64,000 nt of DNA from positions 1,680,457-1,744,456 of the forward strand of contig NW_003314293.1 of assembly GCF_000143415.4 (NCBI RefSeq), written 5' to 3'. The position numbers and the translations under genes were made by a program. Below, piece by piece: positions 36,220 through 48,439 of the stretch. How positions within the stretch are numbered: position 1 is the stretch's first letter; the number at the start of each line of letters is the position of its first letter. The notes beneath the pieces were generated by a model. That model had not been told where the DNA came from. It ran no database searches and saw nothing but the letters and a program-made list of their open reading frames with translations. This DNA comes from Selaginella moellendorffii. Its lineage: Eukaryota > Plantae > Lycopodiophyta.

Positions 36220-37040
36220 GCTACCTAGACTAGCTAGGAATTTTTTTGAGTCTGTGAGAGGATTTTGGTCGGGTATACTATTTTCTGTTCGTCGGCAAAG
36301 CAAGTATTTTTGTTTTTGTTTTGGTTTTGGTTTTTCTCTCTCGGCTTTTTCGCTTCTGTTTTTTCTTTTCCAGAGAACACGCTGACCTGTCGGGACGAAA
36401 TGCCACGTCTCGTCGCTGACTTTGCTTTGATCCTGTCTGGATAGGTTCTAGCGTGACAGCAGCAGCACACACAGCACAGAGCTCCTCGCGAAATATAAGA
36501 AGTTTTCCAGCGAGCACAAGGCGAGAGGTATGAATCCATACGGTTCTTTGCTGCGCGCTGACTTGGAACAAACCTTCTATTCTCTTTAAATGCGAGGGGC
36601 AGCACACAGACAGCGTTTTGTTCGCTCGATCGACCACCCATCGGTTCTGTGAGTTTATACGAGTGTGGAGATATTCGATCGCGACAGTGGTGAGTTTCTC
36701 TCAATCATGTGGATGTATTTTGACCCTCTGGAGTTGCACGTGGTTGCAGGCCGTAATTCAACACGAGATTATCGTCGACTGCACTCAAATCCTTGACATC
36801 AGCCAGCTTTGCAATGCGTGAGAGACGAGAACGATTAGTCAAAATCATCAAATGCTTCTCGGTGAGCGCTTTTCTTAAGCTTATATGTGCTTCGTTGTTT
36901 AATCGCTCGCGATGCTTTCTTTTGGTTTTTCTAGTCCGGAGAGGCCGAGAGAACAGCAGACAGTGGCCCGCAAAAGCCGGGCTGTGAAACTCCTTGGCAC
37001 AAGCAAGATCCAGCGTTTCAGTGTTGGTGTTCTTGGAAGT

Positions 37041-37210
37041 TTAGTGCTCTGGGACCTTTGAATTTTTCCAAGGTTTTGCTAGCTATAAGTTTCTCATACT
37101 ATATGCTCTATGATCCTTGAATTGATCAAACTTAGTGCTCTGGGATCTTTGAATTTTTCCAAGGTTTTGCTAGCTATAAGTTCTCATATTATATGCTCTA
37201 AGATCCTTGA
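37041..37210. repeat. Two-copy tandem direct repeat (about 90-bp period) upstream of the NAC gene
   Basis: TTAGTGCTCTGGGA(C/T)CTTTGAATTTTTCCAAGGTTTTGCTAGCTATAAGTT...ATATGCTCTA(T/A)GATCCTTGA at 37041 and 37132. Confidence 0.85.
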
Positions 37211-37929
37211 CATCAATTCAAGGATCTTAGAGGAAAACCATGGATCCATGGTTTTTCTACCTATGGTTTCTCATACTACAGATATCATTGAAACTTTTAT
37301 GCTATAAGGTAATGGGCCAGAAAACCATTATGACATCGAAATGGGCCAGTTTTTCCCAATGTGGACGATCCCACGTCCAAATGCCCGAGAATGCAATGCC
37401 ACGTCACGGCCTTGACGGGCTGTGACGTGCTGACGGCCCGTCAGAGGAATGTGGGGGCAGAAGCGCGTTAAACTTGTCCCCCCCTCTCAGCGTGGAAGCT
37501 TCTTCTTCTTCTTTAGGGCCACGGGGGCATTCCTTGGCGCTCACTCTTTCTCGCAAGAGAGCTACATTCTTCTCTCGCAAGGCGCTAGGGTTTATCGCCT
37601 CCTCTGCTCGATCGGTCCATCCCTCCGTCGATCGGGCCTGCCAGAGCTCGCGATCGTCATTATTTCGGATGCGCTCGGCTTGGCTCCTCGCGATCGGGGA
37701 ATCGATTGTGTCGGAGTTTCTTATTCCTCTCTAGTCTTTGTGATCTTTCTTGGCGCCGCGCGGAATGAGGAAGAATTTGCTTCCAAGCCAAGCAACAAGA
37801 GCTTGAATGCGGCACAATCTCTCATAATATCGCCGAACTCGGAGCTAGCGAGAGTTCTTCCAGGGAATCGGGGCCGCAGCGCCAGATTTTCTTGTGTAAT
37901 CGCGAGCGCATCGATCGATAGTCCTAGGT

Positions 37930-39237
37930 ATGACTCCATTCGCGGCGGGCAACAGCAGCTCTCGCGTGCCGCCGGGCTTTCGATTCCATCCCACCGACGA
38001 GGAGCTGGTCGGCTACTACTTGCAGAAGAAGGTGGCCTCCAAGAAGATCGACTTGGACGTCATCCACGAGATCGATCTCTACAAACTCGAGCCGTGGGAC
38101 TTGCACGGTAGTCTAGTCTCCTCCATTTCGATATGATTGCACACCACTGACACCTCTTTCATTGTTCTTCGATTTTGGCAGAGAAGTGTAAGATCGGATC
38201 AGCTGAACAAACCGAATGGTACTTTTTCAGTCACAAGGACAAGAAGTATCCCACGGGAACTCGCACCAACAGAGCCACCGCCGCGGGCTTTTGGAAGGCC
38301 ACTGGGCGGGACAAAGCAATCCACGCCAAGTATAAGCTCATTGGGATGAGGAAGACGCTCGTTTTCTACAGAGGGAGAGCTCCAAACGGGCAGAAGACCG
38401 ACTGGATCATGCACGAGTACAGGCTCGAGGAGGACATCAGCAGCAGTGGCAGCAACAACAATGTAAGATCCTCTCGTACTTGGCAGCTTTTTTCTTCTAT
38501 AACCCTCTTATTTTTTTGGTTTTGGCTCTGAAATGCAGGATGATGGCTGGGTGGTTTGCCGGGTTTTCAAGAAGCGCAACAACAGCATCAAGGTGCTTGA
38601 TCGGGATATAAGCTGCGGCTACGACATCGACCAGATCGCTCTGCTGCCGGAGCTGGAGCTGCCCAACAAATTCGTGACGGACTTCGCCTATAACAACAGC
38701 CACCTGATGCTGAATTGCAAGCAAGAGTTTGAGACCGACTTCGCGGCGGCGCTGCCGCACGACCCGTTCTCCCAGACTCTTCCGCAGCTGGAGAGCCCGC
38801 GAATGGGCAGCTTGGCGCCTTTCAAAGGACTCCCAGCGAGCTTCTCACTCCCAGCGGCGGCGCAGTTTGAGAGCTCCTTCGATCACTACCGGCTCTTTCA
38901 ATCTCTTCAGCACCATCAGCCGCAGCAGCAGCGGCAGAACGAAAGCCAGCCACAACAACAACCAGTCACGGACTGGAGAATGGTGGACAAGTTCGCGGCG
39001 GCTCAGCTGAGCCACGAGCGAGACGATCAGCACAGCAGCAGCGGCGGCGGCGGCGGCGGTGGCAACCCATCAAAGGAGAGGTTTTTGGAAGCGATCACGC
39101 CCCCGCCCGGGCAGGAGGAGAGCAGCGATCACTCGGAGGACGTTGCGTTGCTTCTTCGGTTGAGCAAGCAGCATGATTACACCAACAACAAGTCAGCCAA
39201 CGACGGGGACCTCTTGTGGAGCTTCCATGGGAGGTGA
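37930..39237 (+). CDS. NAC transcription factor, VNS (VND/NST/SMB) group; introns 38108-38181 and 38463-38538
   Basis: [47 protein letters not shown], plus C-terminal LPQLESP and [15 protein letters not shown] boxes typical of VNS proteins. Confidence 0.92.
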
Positions 39238-40185
39238 AATCTATGAGTGACTTTGAATGCACTCGTTTACAGTACACACACAAAGGCGGGGGCAAATCAC
39301 ATCACCAAGGAGGAGCCAAAGAGAAAGAAATAATCCATCCGAGGACCCGGGGGCTGGATTGAGTTGGGCGTCACGTCTCGCCCAGCTAAAACTCTGGTGG
39401 GATCGGATCATCCATTCTTCTTCTAGGTACTCTATATTTTTTTTTTCCATTTACTTCTAAGGATCTGGGAGCTTGCTGCTGCTACAATTTAACACTGGTG
39501 GGAGTGTGGCCATCGTCCTCAAGAACAGGTACACAGTCACCACCAGGGAAACTATATGGACGAAATAGTTATTTCGTTTGCTACTGATTTGTTCCAGTGC
39601 TCTATATAGTACTGATTCATTGGCTTTGGGTTGGCTCCACAAAAGTGGAGGTTGGAGCTCTATAGTAAAAACTCTCAAGATGGCCAGTTTCATCATATAT
39701 ATAAGAGAGGTGAAATGTATACAAGCTTCTATTGAATGATTTCTTCCATGCTGCTGGTGCTGCTTGGGTCTGCAGCATGGAAGAAATCAAGCTTGATATT
39801 ATAAATATTAGGCTTGATCTTATAAACAAGGAGATTTTCCTATGGATAAACTATAGTGTAGCACTTGATATGCGATTTACAGGTTGGTGTGTTTGGAGAT
39901 CTCCACAGGCAAAAGAGGAAAAGCGCTTGCAATCGTCATGCTCCGAAAGTCCAACATTTGGAAGGGTGGTCACTGGTCCATCACTGACTATAATACTACT
40001 TTAGAAGAATAGTGAAAAGAAAAAAGAATAAAATGTGCGAGGCTGTTGCCAGTGAAGTCCTTGTTCCGAGGATTTTACAAAGAAAAACCAAGTGAAGGAT
40101 TTTTCAAATCCCAGAATAAAGAAAATATTCCCCAAAGTACCAAGAAGTCCGACGTTCAAGTCCTGTCCCCCGCGCTTTTAATTCT

Positions 40186-40707
40186 ATGGCTTCTGTGCTG
40201 CTGTCGGTGGTGGCACTGCTTCCCTCGCAACGAAGAACACGCCACCCATGCCGCAATTCCACCAAAATCCCCGTAAGTCGGATAGAAATCGCCAGGAGCG
40301 GCAGCAGCAAGGGAATTGGATCGATTCTCCCGGTAGCGGTGGCAGCGACGACTACATTCTTGTGGGCAAATCTGGATGTGGCGGCGGCGGCGGCGAGCCC
40401 CGACTTGGTGGATCCGGGCGTGGCCAGATTGGCGATCAATGTCTTGGGACCGGCCATGGCGTCGTTTAACGTGCTCTTCATTGCCCGGATCGTCATGTCG
40501 TGGTACCCAAGGATCCCGGTGGACAAGCTGCCGTATGTGATCGCCTTCGCACCCACCGAGCCCGTGCTGGCGCCAACGAGGAAGATCATACAGCCCATTG
40601 GCGGCGTGGATATGGCGCCCGTGGCCTGGTTTGCGCTCCTCAGCTTGCTCAATGAGGTCCTCCTTGGCCAACAAGGCCTCCTCGTCGTCCTCGCGGAGCA
40701 AAGATAG
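40186..40707 (+). CDS. CCB3: CCB3, YGGT-family cytochrome b6 heme c-i assembly factor
   Basis: FIARIVMSWYP...PYVIAFAPTEPVLAPTRKIIQPIGGVDMAPVAWF...NEVLLGQQGLL after a transit-peptide-like N-terminus. Confidence 0.88.
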   Translation: MASVLLSVVALLPSQRRTRHPCRNSTKIPVSRIEIARSGSSKGIGSILPVAVAATTTFLWANLDVAAAAASPDLVDPGVARLAINVLGPAMASFNVLFIARIVMSWYPRIPVDKLPYVIAFAPTEPVLAPTRKIIQPIGGVDMAPVAWFALLSLLNEVLLGQQGLLVVLAEQR

Positions 40708-41068
40708 ATAGATGGTGTTTTAGAATATTCTAAAGGTTCCATGTAATGCCCATTTGCGGCATCTGGGGGAAGAGAGGAAAACTCGTTTCTCGCGTACCTT
40801 TCAGGAAGAACTGCCAAAGAAATCACTACTTGTGAGCTATTTCTCATGCATGTGTTTAAAGTAGGAGTAATAACATTTATTTTTCATCAAATATTCACAT
40901 AACCAGAATTAGAAAAATATTCCCAGATGAGAATATTCTAGAGATTCTTTTCATGCATTTAAGAAGTTTAGATCTAAATATTTAAAGAAAAAAATGGCGA
41001 TAAAAAATTCGAAGAATTCGAAGAATATCAGACACGAGTATAGATAGAAGGTTTACGTAGCTGTATAT

Positions 41069-42209
41069 TTAATTGAAAGCTCTACACCTTCTCCTAACCT
41101 CTCCCTGGTTTCCAGTCTTGGTATGTACAACGCTGAGCTTGAGAAACGAGTCCGCCCACGACCCGAAAAACTCTCGGCTGTCGCCCGACAACGAGTTCAC
41201 CGCCTGCCTGCTTCTCCGGTCCGTGAAGAGAACTTGGTCGGATCCAAACAGTCCTTTCCCGTTCTGGAGATTCCTGTAGTACGCGTTGTCGAAGGCGTTT
41301 GGGGTGGTGGGATCGATCGCTACCGCGACTCTGGGATTCGGCCTCTCAGGACACGCCTGGAGCAGCTGCCTTGCGAATCCGGGGTCGAGTGTCGAGTCCA
41401 CTTTGACGCTGCCATTGCTGCTGAAGTGGAAGCGCTCGTTGAATGCAAAACAGTGTGCCAGGCCGACGGTGTGCGCTCCTGGAAAATCCATCCACTTGAG
41501 AACAAGACTTCGAACGAAAACTTCTTTATACCTGAGAGAACGATGAGGTCCTTTTGAGACAATCCTTTCGAGTTGAAGACTTTGGTGAGCTGGTCCAAGG
41601 TAAGTGTAGTGTCCGGTATGTTTCCACGCACATTGGAAACCTTAGAAATCAACCCGTCTCTTCGGCCCATAGGTATTTGTACCTGTGGTCCACCCATCTA
41701 CAATTTGAAAACAGAAAACGAAGTGAGATAGAAAACGCAATTTTACGTTTCGACTTACCATGATTACCGCCTCCCGAGCAGCCAAGGCCACAATATCAGC
41801 GCACGAAACAACTCCAGGGCAGAAGAACTCCAGCGCGGATTTTGCAGAATCGATGGCAGCATAACCATCAACAGTTTTGTTGGATTCGTCCTCCTTTTCA
41901 GCCGTATGATTCGCGGTTGAATCGACCAAAATGGAACCATCACATCCCTGACGAACAAAAAACCATGACAATTTGGACTGCTTTGCGAGTTTGTACCTCA
42001 ATGAAGCAATCGTGGAACATAAGCCGGAGAAGTTTTGGTGGCAGCGTAGAATCAAAGAATGTGGCACTCCTGATTGCGTTTGCGACTACTGCTTCGACCC
42101 TGGGACAACTGTTGGCGTAGAAATCAAATGCCAGCTGACCGCAAACCGATCCAAGCGCTAAGCACACTAAAACCAGCCGCTGCTTCCAATGCCGCACAGA
42201 GGTTCCCAT
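41069..42209 (-). CDS. Class III secretory peroxidase, 4 exons
   Basis: Signal peptide, FYANSCP, RLMFHDCF, GCDGSIL, VSCADIVALAAR, GRRDG, GAHTVG, GEVRRRCRAFN. Confidence 0.95.
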
Positions 42210-43051
42210 TCGCGAGAGAGAGCAGCACTACCACCGACAATGGAGATGAGCTCGTACCTACATGAACCCATCAATGCAATGTCCAAAGCGCAAAACAAAA
42301 AGAAAAAAAGAAGACAGTACGCACCTTTTTCCGGGGGCTAAGAACTCGTGGAAGAGAGGAAAGGCGAGAGCGGGTACACGAGACAGAACACCCTCGGTGC
42401 CTCCTCTCCTCGCTATCCCTTCCTCGGAATCGGCACTAGATAGACTGGCACAGCAGAGGTATAAGTCACCATTTCAAGGAGAAAGCAAAGAAAAGAGCCT
42501 TTTTCGCTGTTGTTGCTGTTGCCATGCCAGGCTTTGTCGCGAGACGGGAGCGAGAACGCTCTCCTCTCCTCCTTAACTGACCGATAAAACCAAGAAGTGA
42601 AGTAGATCAGTGCGAGCGAGACGCCGCGAGGACTCCAAAGAAGCATCAAATGCCAAATAACCATAGCTTCGGTTTTCAAAAAACTTTGTTTCAGTGGGCA
42701 TGCTATGCATATGGTCAGTAATGAGGGGTGGCAGAGGCCAAAATAAATGCCTGCAACTGCGACAGCTAGGCAAAGGTGGAGAGGAAAAACTGCCAAAGTG
42801 AAGTGCATAAGATACTGGATGATTAAGATACAAAAACGCTCCTGGAAAAGTCAAACACCCATGCAGAGAGCAACACAGACGCAAATGCCACGAAACAAAC
42901 AAAGAGTGTGGTAGTGGAAGGAAAAGAAAAAGAATGGAGCTCGAGCAACACGGGGTTCTAGCCTGATTGCCCAACTTACGAGTGCTACACTATTAACAAA
43001 ACCTGGAAAACAAAACTTTCGGCGTCGCAGCCGCGTTGTTCGTCAAAAGAA

Positions 43052-43567
43052 TCACATTGGAGGCCTTGAAGAGCCGAGAAGCTGGCCGATAATCGTCGTC
43101 ACCTGCGAAGCAAAACTCTGTCGCTACGGAAAAGGAGAGGAAAAAAAAAGGAGAAGAAAACAAACCTGCCAGTACTTGGCAGTGCACCGATCAATGCAAC
43201 TATTCTCGCCCATATTCAATTCCGACTCCTTGAAGCTACATTCGCAGAAAAGGAAGAAAAGGAATCAGTGAAAATGGAAAGGAAATTACGACGGAGAAAG
43301 AAAAAAAAAGACTCGCCTGCTTCCAATACATTTGTTGAAGCACGAAAGCGTCATTCTACCATTCACAAAAGGCTCAGTGACACAGGAAGAAGAGAATTTC
43401 CTCTTTGCTTTCTTACTTGTTGAACAGATCCACTCTCGACTCCAGTTCCTGCTGCGCCATATTGAACATCTGCGGCAATACGATCGTCCAGCGATCCAGC
43501 GGAAGAATCGATCGCTTACCATCTCCTTCTCCGCGACGGTGGGATTCACTCCAGCCGCGTTGCTCAT
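43052..43567 (-). CDS. TIM10: Mitochondrial small Tim chaperone TIM10, 5 exons, one GC-AG intron
   Basis: Spliced product MSNAAGVNPTVAEKEMMFNMAQQELESRVDLFNKMTLSCFNKCIGSSFKESELNMGENSCIDRCTAKYWQVTTIIGQLLGSSRPPM* has the twin CX3C motif. Confidence 0.92.
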
Positions 43568-44210
43568 CCTCTCCGCCCTGCCCTAGCTCAACAGGTATAA
43601 ACCCTAAAGTTAAATTTTATTTCTAGCGAATCTCTACCGAATCTCTCACAACCACATGAAGATTATTCCCCCACCAAAAACCATGTGATCTCTGATCGAT
43701 TTGATCGACAAAAATGGCCAGTGTCCTTTCTTGTACAAAGTCAGCTTTAGCGTAAGTAAGTCTTTCTCTTACGTCAAATCTTCGAGCATTCCAGCGATCA
43801 AGATCTTCGACTACTAGACTTTCATTACGATCAAGCCAAGTCTCCGCTTACTTTTTGCTTTCGATCGATCTATCAAGGCTGCTGAAAAGGCCCCAAGTTG
43901 TTCGTTCTTTACAGAGCTAGTCTAGAACACAATCAAAGAGCTGCGAAGAACACGCACAGAGAAAAGGGAAAAACAATGCCCCGCAAAGGAATTCTTAGCT
44001 GCTAAATGCTCCTGCCCTCGATCTCTGTCTATCTGATCACTCACGAACTATAGCGAAAAGAACAAGGAAGAAGAAGAAGAAAAAAAAGAAAAATCCCTGG
44101 TACCTGGTCTGATCGGTATAGAGTTTTACAGACTGACCTCTCCAGCATCATCGTGTTCTTGCCAGCAGTCGATCTCCACAGCCTGTGTGCCACTGCTCGC
44201 TCGTCTCGTC

Positions 44211-44591
44211 TCAAGCAGCTCCACTGAGATTCATGCACAGCTGCCGGCTCATCTCCTCGAAATTCCAGTCCCGGAACAAATCCCTCCGCACAGCATGGCA
44301 TCTCGTCAATCTCGGGCTACTGGGCGCTTCCACCAAGTTCGCTGCTGCCGCGGCGACGACGATGGTGGAAGAGGAGCCGGGCACTGGAGCAACCTGTTGC
44401 TGCGATCTCGTCCGCGATCCAAGCTCCGACTCCGACATGGAGGACACGGTGGGCTCGATCTGAGCGGCATTGGGGAGCTTCCTCGTCCAGCAGCCCAAGC
44501 CCAGGCATCGCCCACCATTGTCGGAGTAGCTCCGCAGCGTTCGCTCCGGGGAGCTGTCCAGGACATGGCATGCGAGGCACGCTAAGCTCAT
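44211..44591 (-). CDS. Small plant protein of unknown function (MSLxCLxC...PRLxR...RRD...WxFE type)
   Basis: 126-aa single-exon ORF with N-terminal MSLACLAC and C-terminal SPRLTRCHAVRRDLFRDWNFEE, a motif pair I recognise from uncharacterised plant proteins. Confidence 0.7.
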   Translation of the reverse strand: MSLACLACHVLDSSPERTLRSYSDNGGRCLGLGCWTRKLPNAAQIEPTVSSMSESELGSRTRSQQQVAPVPGSSSTIVVAAAAANLVEAPSSPRLTRCHAVRRDLFRDWNFEEMSRQLCMNLSGAA

Positions 44592-45278
44592 TGCTTCGCC
44601 CCCACCTGCGAGATCGAAAGAAATCCCCTCCTTTTAGCATCAAAGATCCAGAAATGTACGGTCATCAAGAACACTGCCGCGAGATCGAAATGGAAGTGCC
44701 TAGACGATGCATTCCTAGCCGGGATCTCTCTCGACACACCGAAATTTCGCTAGAAAGGCACTTCCTATGGTAGAATCGAGAGAAATTTCGCTTACCAGTG
44801 CTGCCAGGATCTCGATTCCTGCGCCGGAGAGCTCGAATTCGACCCTGCTGCCTGGAAACTAGCCTAGCGCCACCGGAATCTCGATCTTGCCGCTGTCCGC
44901 AGTGGCTGCGTCGCGCGCGCGCTTGGCCGCAAGAACAAACCCTCGCAAGAAACCAAAGCGATAGGAACAACAATGCAAGCCAAAAAGGAAAGAGGGAATA
45001 TTCACTCCCGGCTTAAAGATGGTTTAATTTAAGCGAGTCCTCCGCCAAATGTGGGCATATCCGGTGGAATATCCGGCGCTTTTAAATTCAACCATTGACA
45101 CTTTGGCGCGCGCGTCAAAGTCTTTTGGGGATTCTCTCGCGGATCGATTCAATCGATTCGAGTCTTTGAAAGAAGACGTGAGCGATCGAGAAATCTCGCG
45201 CAGAGATAACGGTGTTTCAAAAGGTCGCCCTCGCTCGGTCGCGATGGAGCGATGATCATGATCTTCTCGTCGTCCACA

Positions 45279-47764
45279 TCAAATGGTCGTGGCGGACGAC
45301 AAAGCTTTCCTGGCGATGAGACACTTTCGCTGTAGCAAAGCGCCACCCGTTGGCTTCACGTAGCGCCTCAAGAACACGGCAAGGCCGGCCTGGAGCGCCG
45401 AGAGCTCGGGTGCGCGAGCGATGCGGGAGAATGCCGTGGAGACGAAGGCGTCGTCCTTGTCCGTGAGCAGTGCCTCGAAGAACGCACGGAAGTGGACCAC
45501 CACCCGTGCTGTCATGGTCCGGGAATCACCAAAGTCTACCGCTTTGAGTGCTGTCAAGGATAAGGCGGAGGATCCGACCAGGAAAGCGAGGAACTTGGCC
45601 AGATTGATGCTGCGCCTTGCTTCCATGCTGGCCAGCTCTTTGAACTGATCCCAGACGCAATACTGCAAAGAAAAGGACTTTTAGCCTTTGGTCATTCTTT
45701 TCCGCTTCGATTTTTTTCTACCTGTAAGGTGAATCTGTGGTTCTTGTCATGGTGACATAGTTTGGAAGCCAGCAGTGCGTAATACCTGTTGAAAACTTTC
45801 TCTTGGAGGCAGCATTCGAGGATGACTCTCATGATTTCTCGGTCCTGTTAGGAAAACAAAAAACCAAGAGCCTTAGTGAATTGATGAATCGAAAAAGAGG
45901 TACCTGTTTCCCCGTCAAGGTGAGCCTCAGTAGTTTCTCGAATGCGTCAATGTAGTCTTCGCTACTCATGACAATCGAGAAGATAGCTCGTCTTGCGTCT
46001 GTGTTCATTCTTTGAGCAGCTGCTAGCTTAAGCATTTTTTCAGCTTCGACTACCCCAGAGTCAATCAGATCCACCACTTTTGGAACCTCGGCCTCGTCTG
46101 CTTCATTCGAGACTGTCCCGAGCCACCACTGACCTTTCTTTTGAGGATCGACTAGCTTCTTCCAGGGTACTGACCGCAGTTGCACGTCCTCGACTTTCAG
46201 CTACACTAACAAAGTTTATGAGTGAAAACATGTAAGGTGATACACACCTTTTGAAGCCACTTCTTCATCCTTGGATGCCGAGCTGGTTCATCTACTCTAC
46301 GCTTATTGTTTTTAACTTCGCAAATCGCCTCGAGCATAAATTCCACCTGCAAGAGATCCGTGCGTGTCAAAACAGACACAAAACGTTTTGACAACTGCTT
46401 ACTCGTTTGGGCATTTCTCCATCGGTCGTGGAACGCTTTAAATCCGACGTGCGTTCTTGAACAGCAAGAATAAACTCTTTCATCGCTACTGGATCGCTGG
46501 TCCTAAGCCCCATTCCACAACCTTCATACATGTTAATAAGAACTCATTTCCAGCCGCTCATTCTCTAGTGTTCTTACTTCGAATAATGTGCAAAATAGTG
46601 GCGACATCTATTTCCTGGAATCGTTTGCAGAGATGGTGCAAGAGATCGTAGACCAGCTCGCTGTTTCATTCAAAAACAATTGTGTTAACCGAATATATAT
46701 AAATTCACACAAGAGCACCTTGTAATCAACCCCAGGCTGTAGAGCGAAGAAATAAGTAGCGTAAGGTTGCGAACAGCTAGACCATCCTTCTTTTCATATT
46801 GTCTCTGCAGAAAAAGGTACACATAAGAATCGAAAGAAGGCTCCAAGACGGGCACTAGTTTCACCTCAAAGCACGAAGCAACGCCCGCCATAAAATTAGC
46901 ACCGAAATCCATCCCGACGAGACAAGCGGTGCCAGAGATGCTCGCTGCAAAGACTGCTGCGTACCTTTAGCCATGAAAAAGTATAATATGTGAGGACAGA
47001 GAGAAGAGCATGAGAGAAACATTGTTGTACTCACTGCTCGTTACCGCGGGGACCACTGGAGCAAGACTCCAAAACATGGTCAGTGATCGTCTCGGTCATG
47101 AAGCTCCTGCTATGGAACTGTCAAAAAATCACTCCTCTCGTAGAAACAACAGGACTTTCAAGTGCTTTTTACCTGGAAGAACTCGGCAATCTCCGATGTT
47201 AGAGTCTCCACATTATCTTCCGAGAGTCGATTTAAGAGACCTGGATGAATGAAGCAAAGAACTAAGCAAGAAAGGAAAAAGCTTTGCTCATGCGAACGTA
47301 CCTTTGATTCTTCGTTTGACGCGAACTTCATCCTCGGAAGGATCTTTCTTTCGCTGGTGAGGAGGAACGTACTTAGCACTGGAGGCTTGCTCCGGCTCAG
47401 CCTCCAATTCATCGCCAGAACTAGATTGCTCACCGGACTCGCTTTCACCACTAGAACGATCACCGTCACCGCCATCGCCATCGTCATCTCCATCGCCATC
47501 GGAATCCTCATCCTTGTCACTGGAGTGATCATTCTCCCCTTGCAAATCACCTGGATGAGAGCCTTGTTCATCAGAGGACAAGCCCTCGCTGCCGATTCCT
47601 GCCAGCAATCCCGCCAGTCCATCGCCGACATCGTCCAGCTTCCCACGCTTGAGCTTGAGCTGCTTCGCGAGGCGCCGCTGGAATGCGGCCTCGCCGGCGG
47701 CCGTGGACGCATCCTTGCCCAGCTCCATCTCCAGGTAGTCCTGGAATTTGCGCCTGCGCTTCAT
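45279..47764 (-). CDS. NOM1: Nucleolar MIF4G/MA3 domain protein (NOM1/SGD1-like), multi-exon
   Basis: KYVPPHQR, GLLNRLSEDNV, EFMLEAICEVKNNKRR, KKGQWWL, AAAQRMNTDARRAIFSIVMSSEDYIDAFEKLLRL, QYCVWDQFK. Confidence 0.88.
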
Positions 47765-47819
47765 CTCTCATAAACCCTAATATTCTAGGTTTCCAAGTTT
47801 ACGTATATTCTTCCCTGCA

Positions 47820-48295
47820 CGAAAGCCTATAGCCATCAAATCTGGACTTCCATAGCTCACTGTCATACACCCAGCCGCTTGCAAAGTATCGCTGGCCATT
47901 GTACCCCCACAGCCTTTTCATGCACACTCCCGGGAGCAAAACACAGCGCTGGTGTCCACCCTTGTCTGCATGGCGATCCCAGGAGAGTGAGGGTCGTCAT
48001 CGATTTCAGGACGCTCCCTAATCTTTGACGTAGGCTCGGGAGAGCGAGAACGGGCAAAGAACCACGCTTGTGTTGCCGAGTATGCAGCACCAGTGGCCCG
48101 AGGCGACGGTCTAGTGCAGACCGACTTTGAATCCGACAAACATGGCTTCTGAACGCTATCTTTCTGTTTTGGCACTGGCGGCGGCGAAAGAGTGGGTTGA
48201 TGATGCACTTCCATGACTTGTAAATGGTGGAAAGCTGAGAACCGTCTCCAAAATGTCATCTTGCTCCAACACAGGCGCTTGTTTTTCTGCTCCAT
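47820..48295 (-). pseudogene. F-box family pseudogene fragment
   Basis: Frameshifted F-box-like start (DDILETVL...CKSWKCII) and LWGYNGQRYFASGWVY, shared with the other copies. Confidence 0.6.
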
Positions 48296-48439
48296 CCTAA
48301 GGAAATGCCTAGAAGAGTTTGAAATACAAAAATCAATATACTTGATCGTAGCAGGCTCTTATGAATCATGTAGTTTGGTAACTTTATTATAAGTTATATA
48401 GATCCTACGGAGGTTTTCTACCAGAAACTCATTTCGTTC

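Noticed and set aside
36400-36990. Possible miRNA precursor between NAP1 and the NAC gene
   Set aside because: No match to conserved plant miRNAs I know and no convincing long fold-back by eye.
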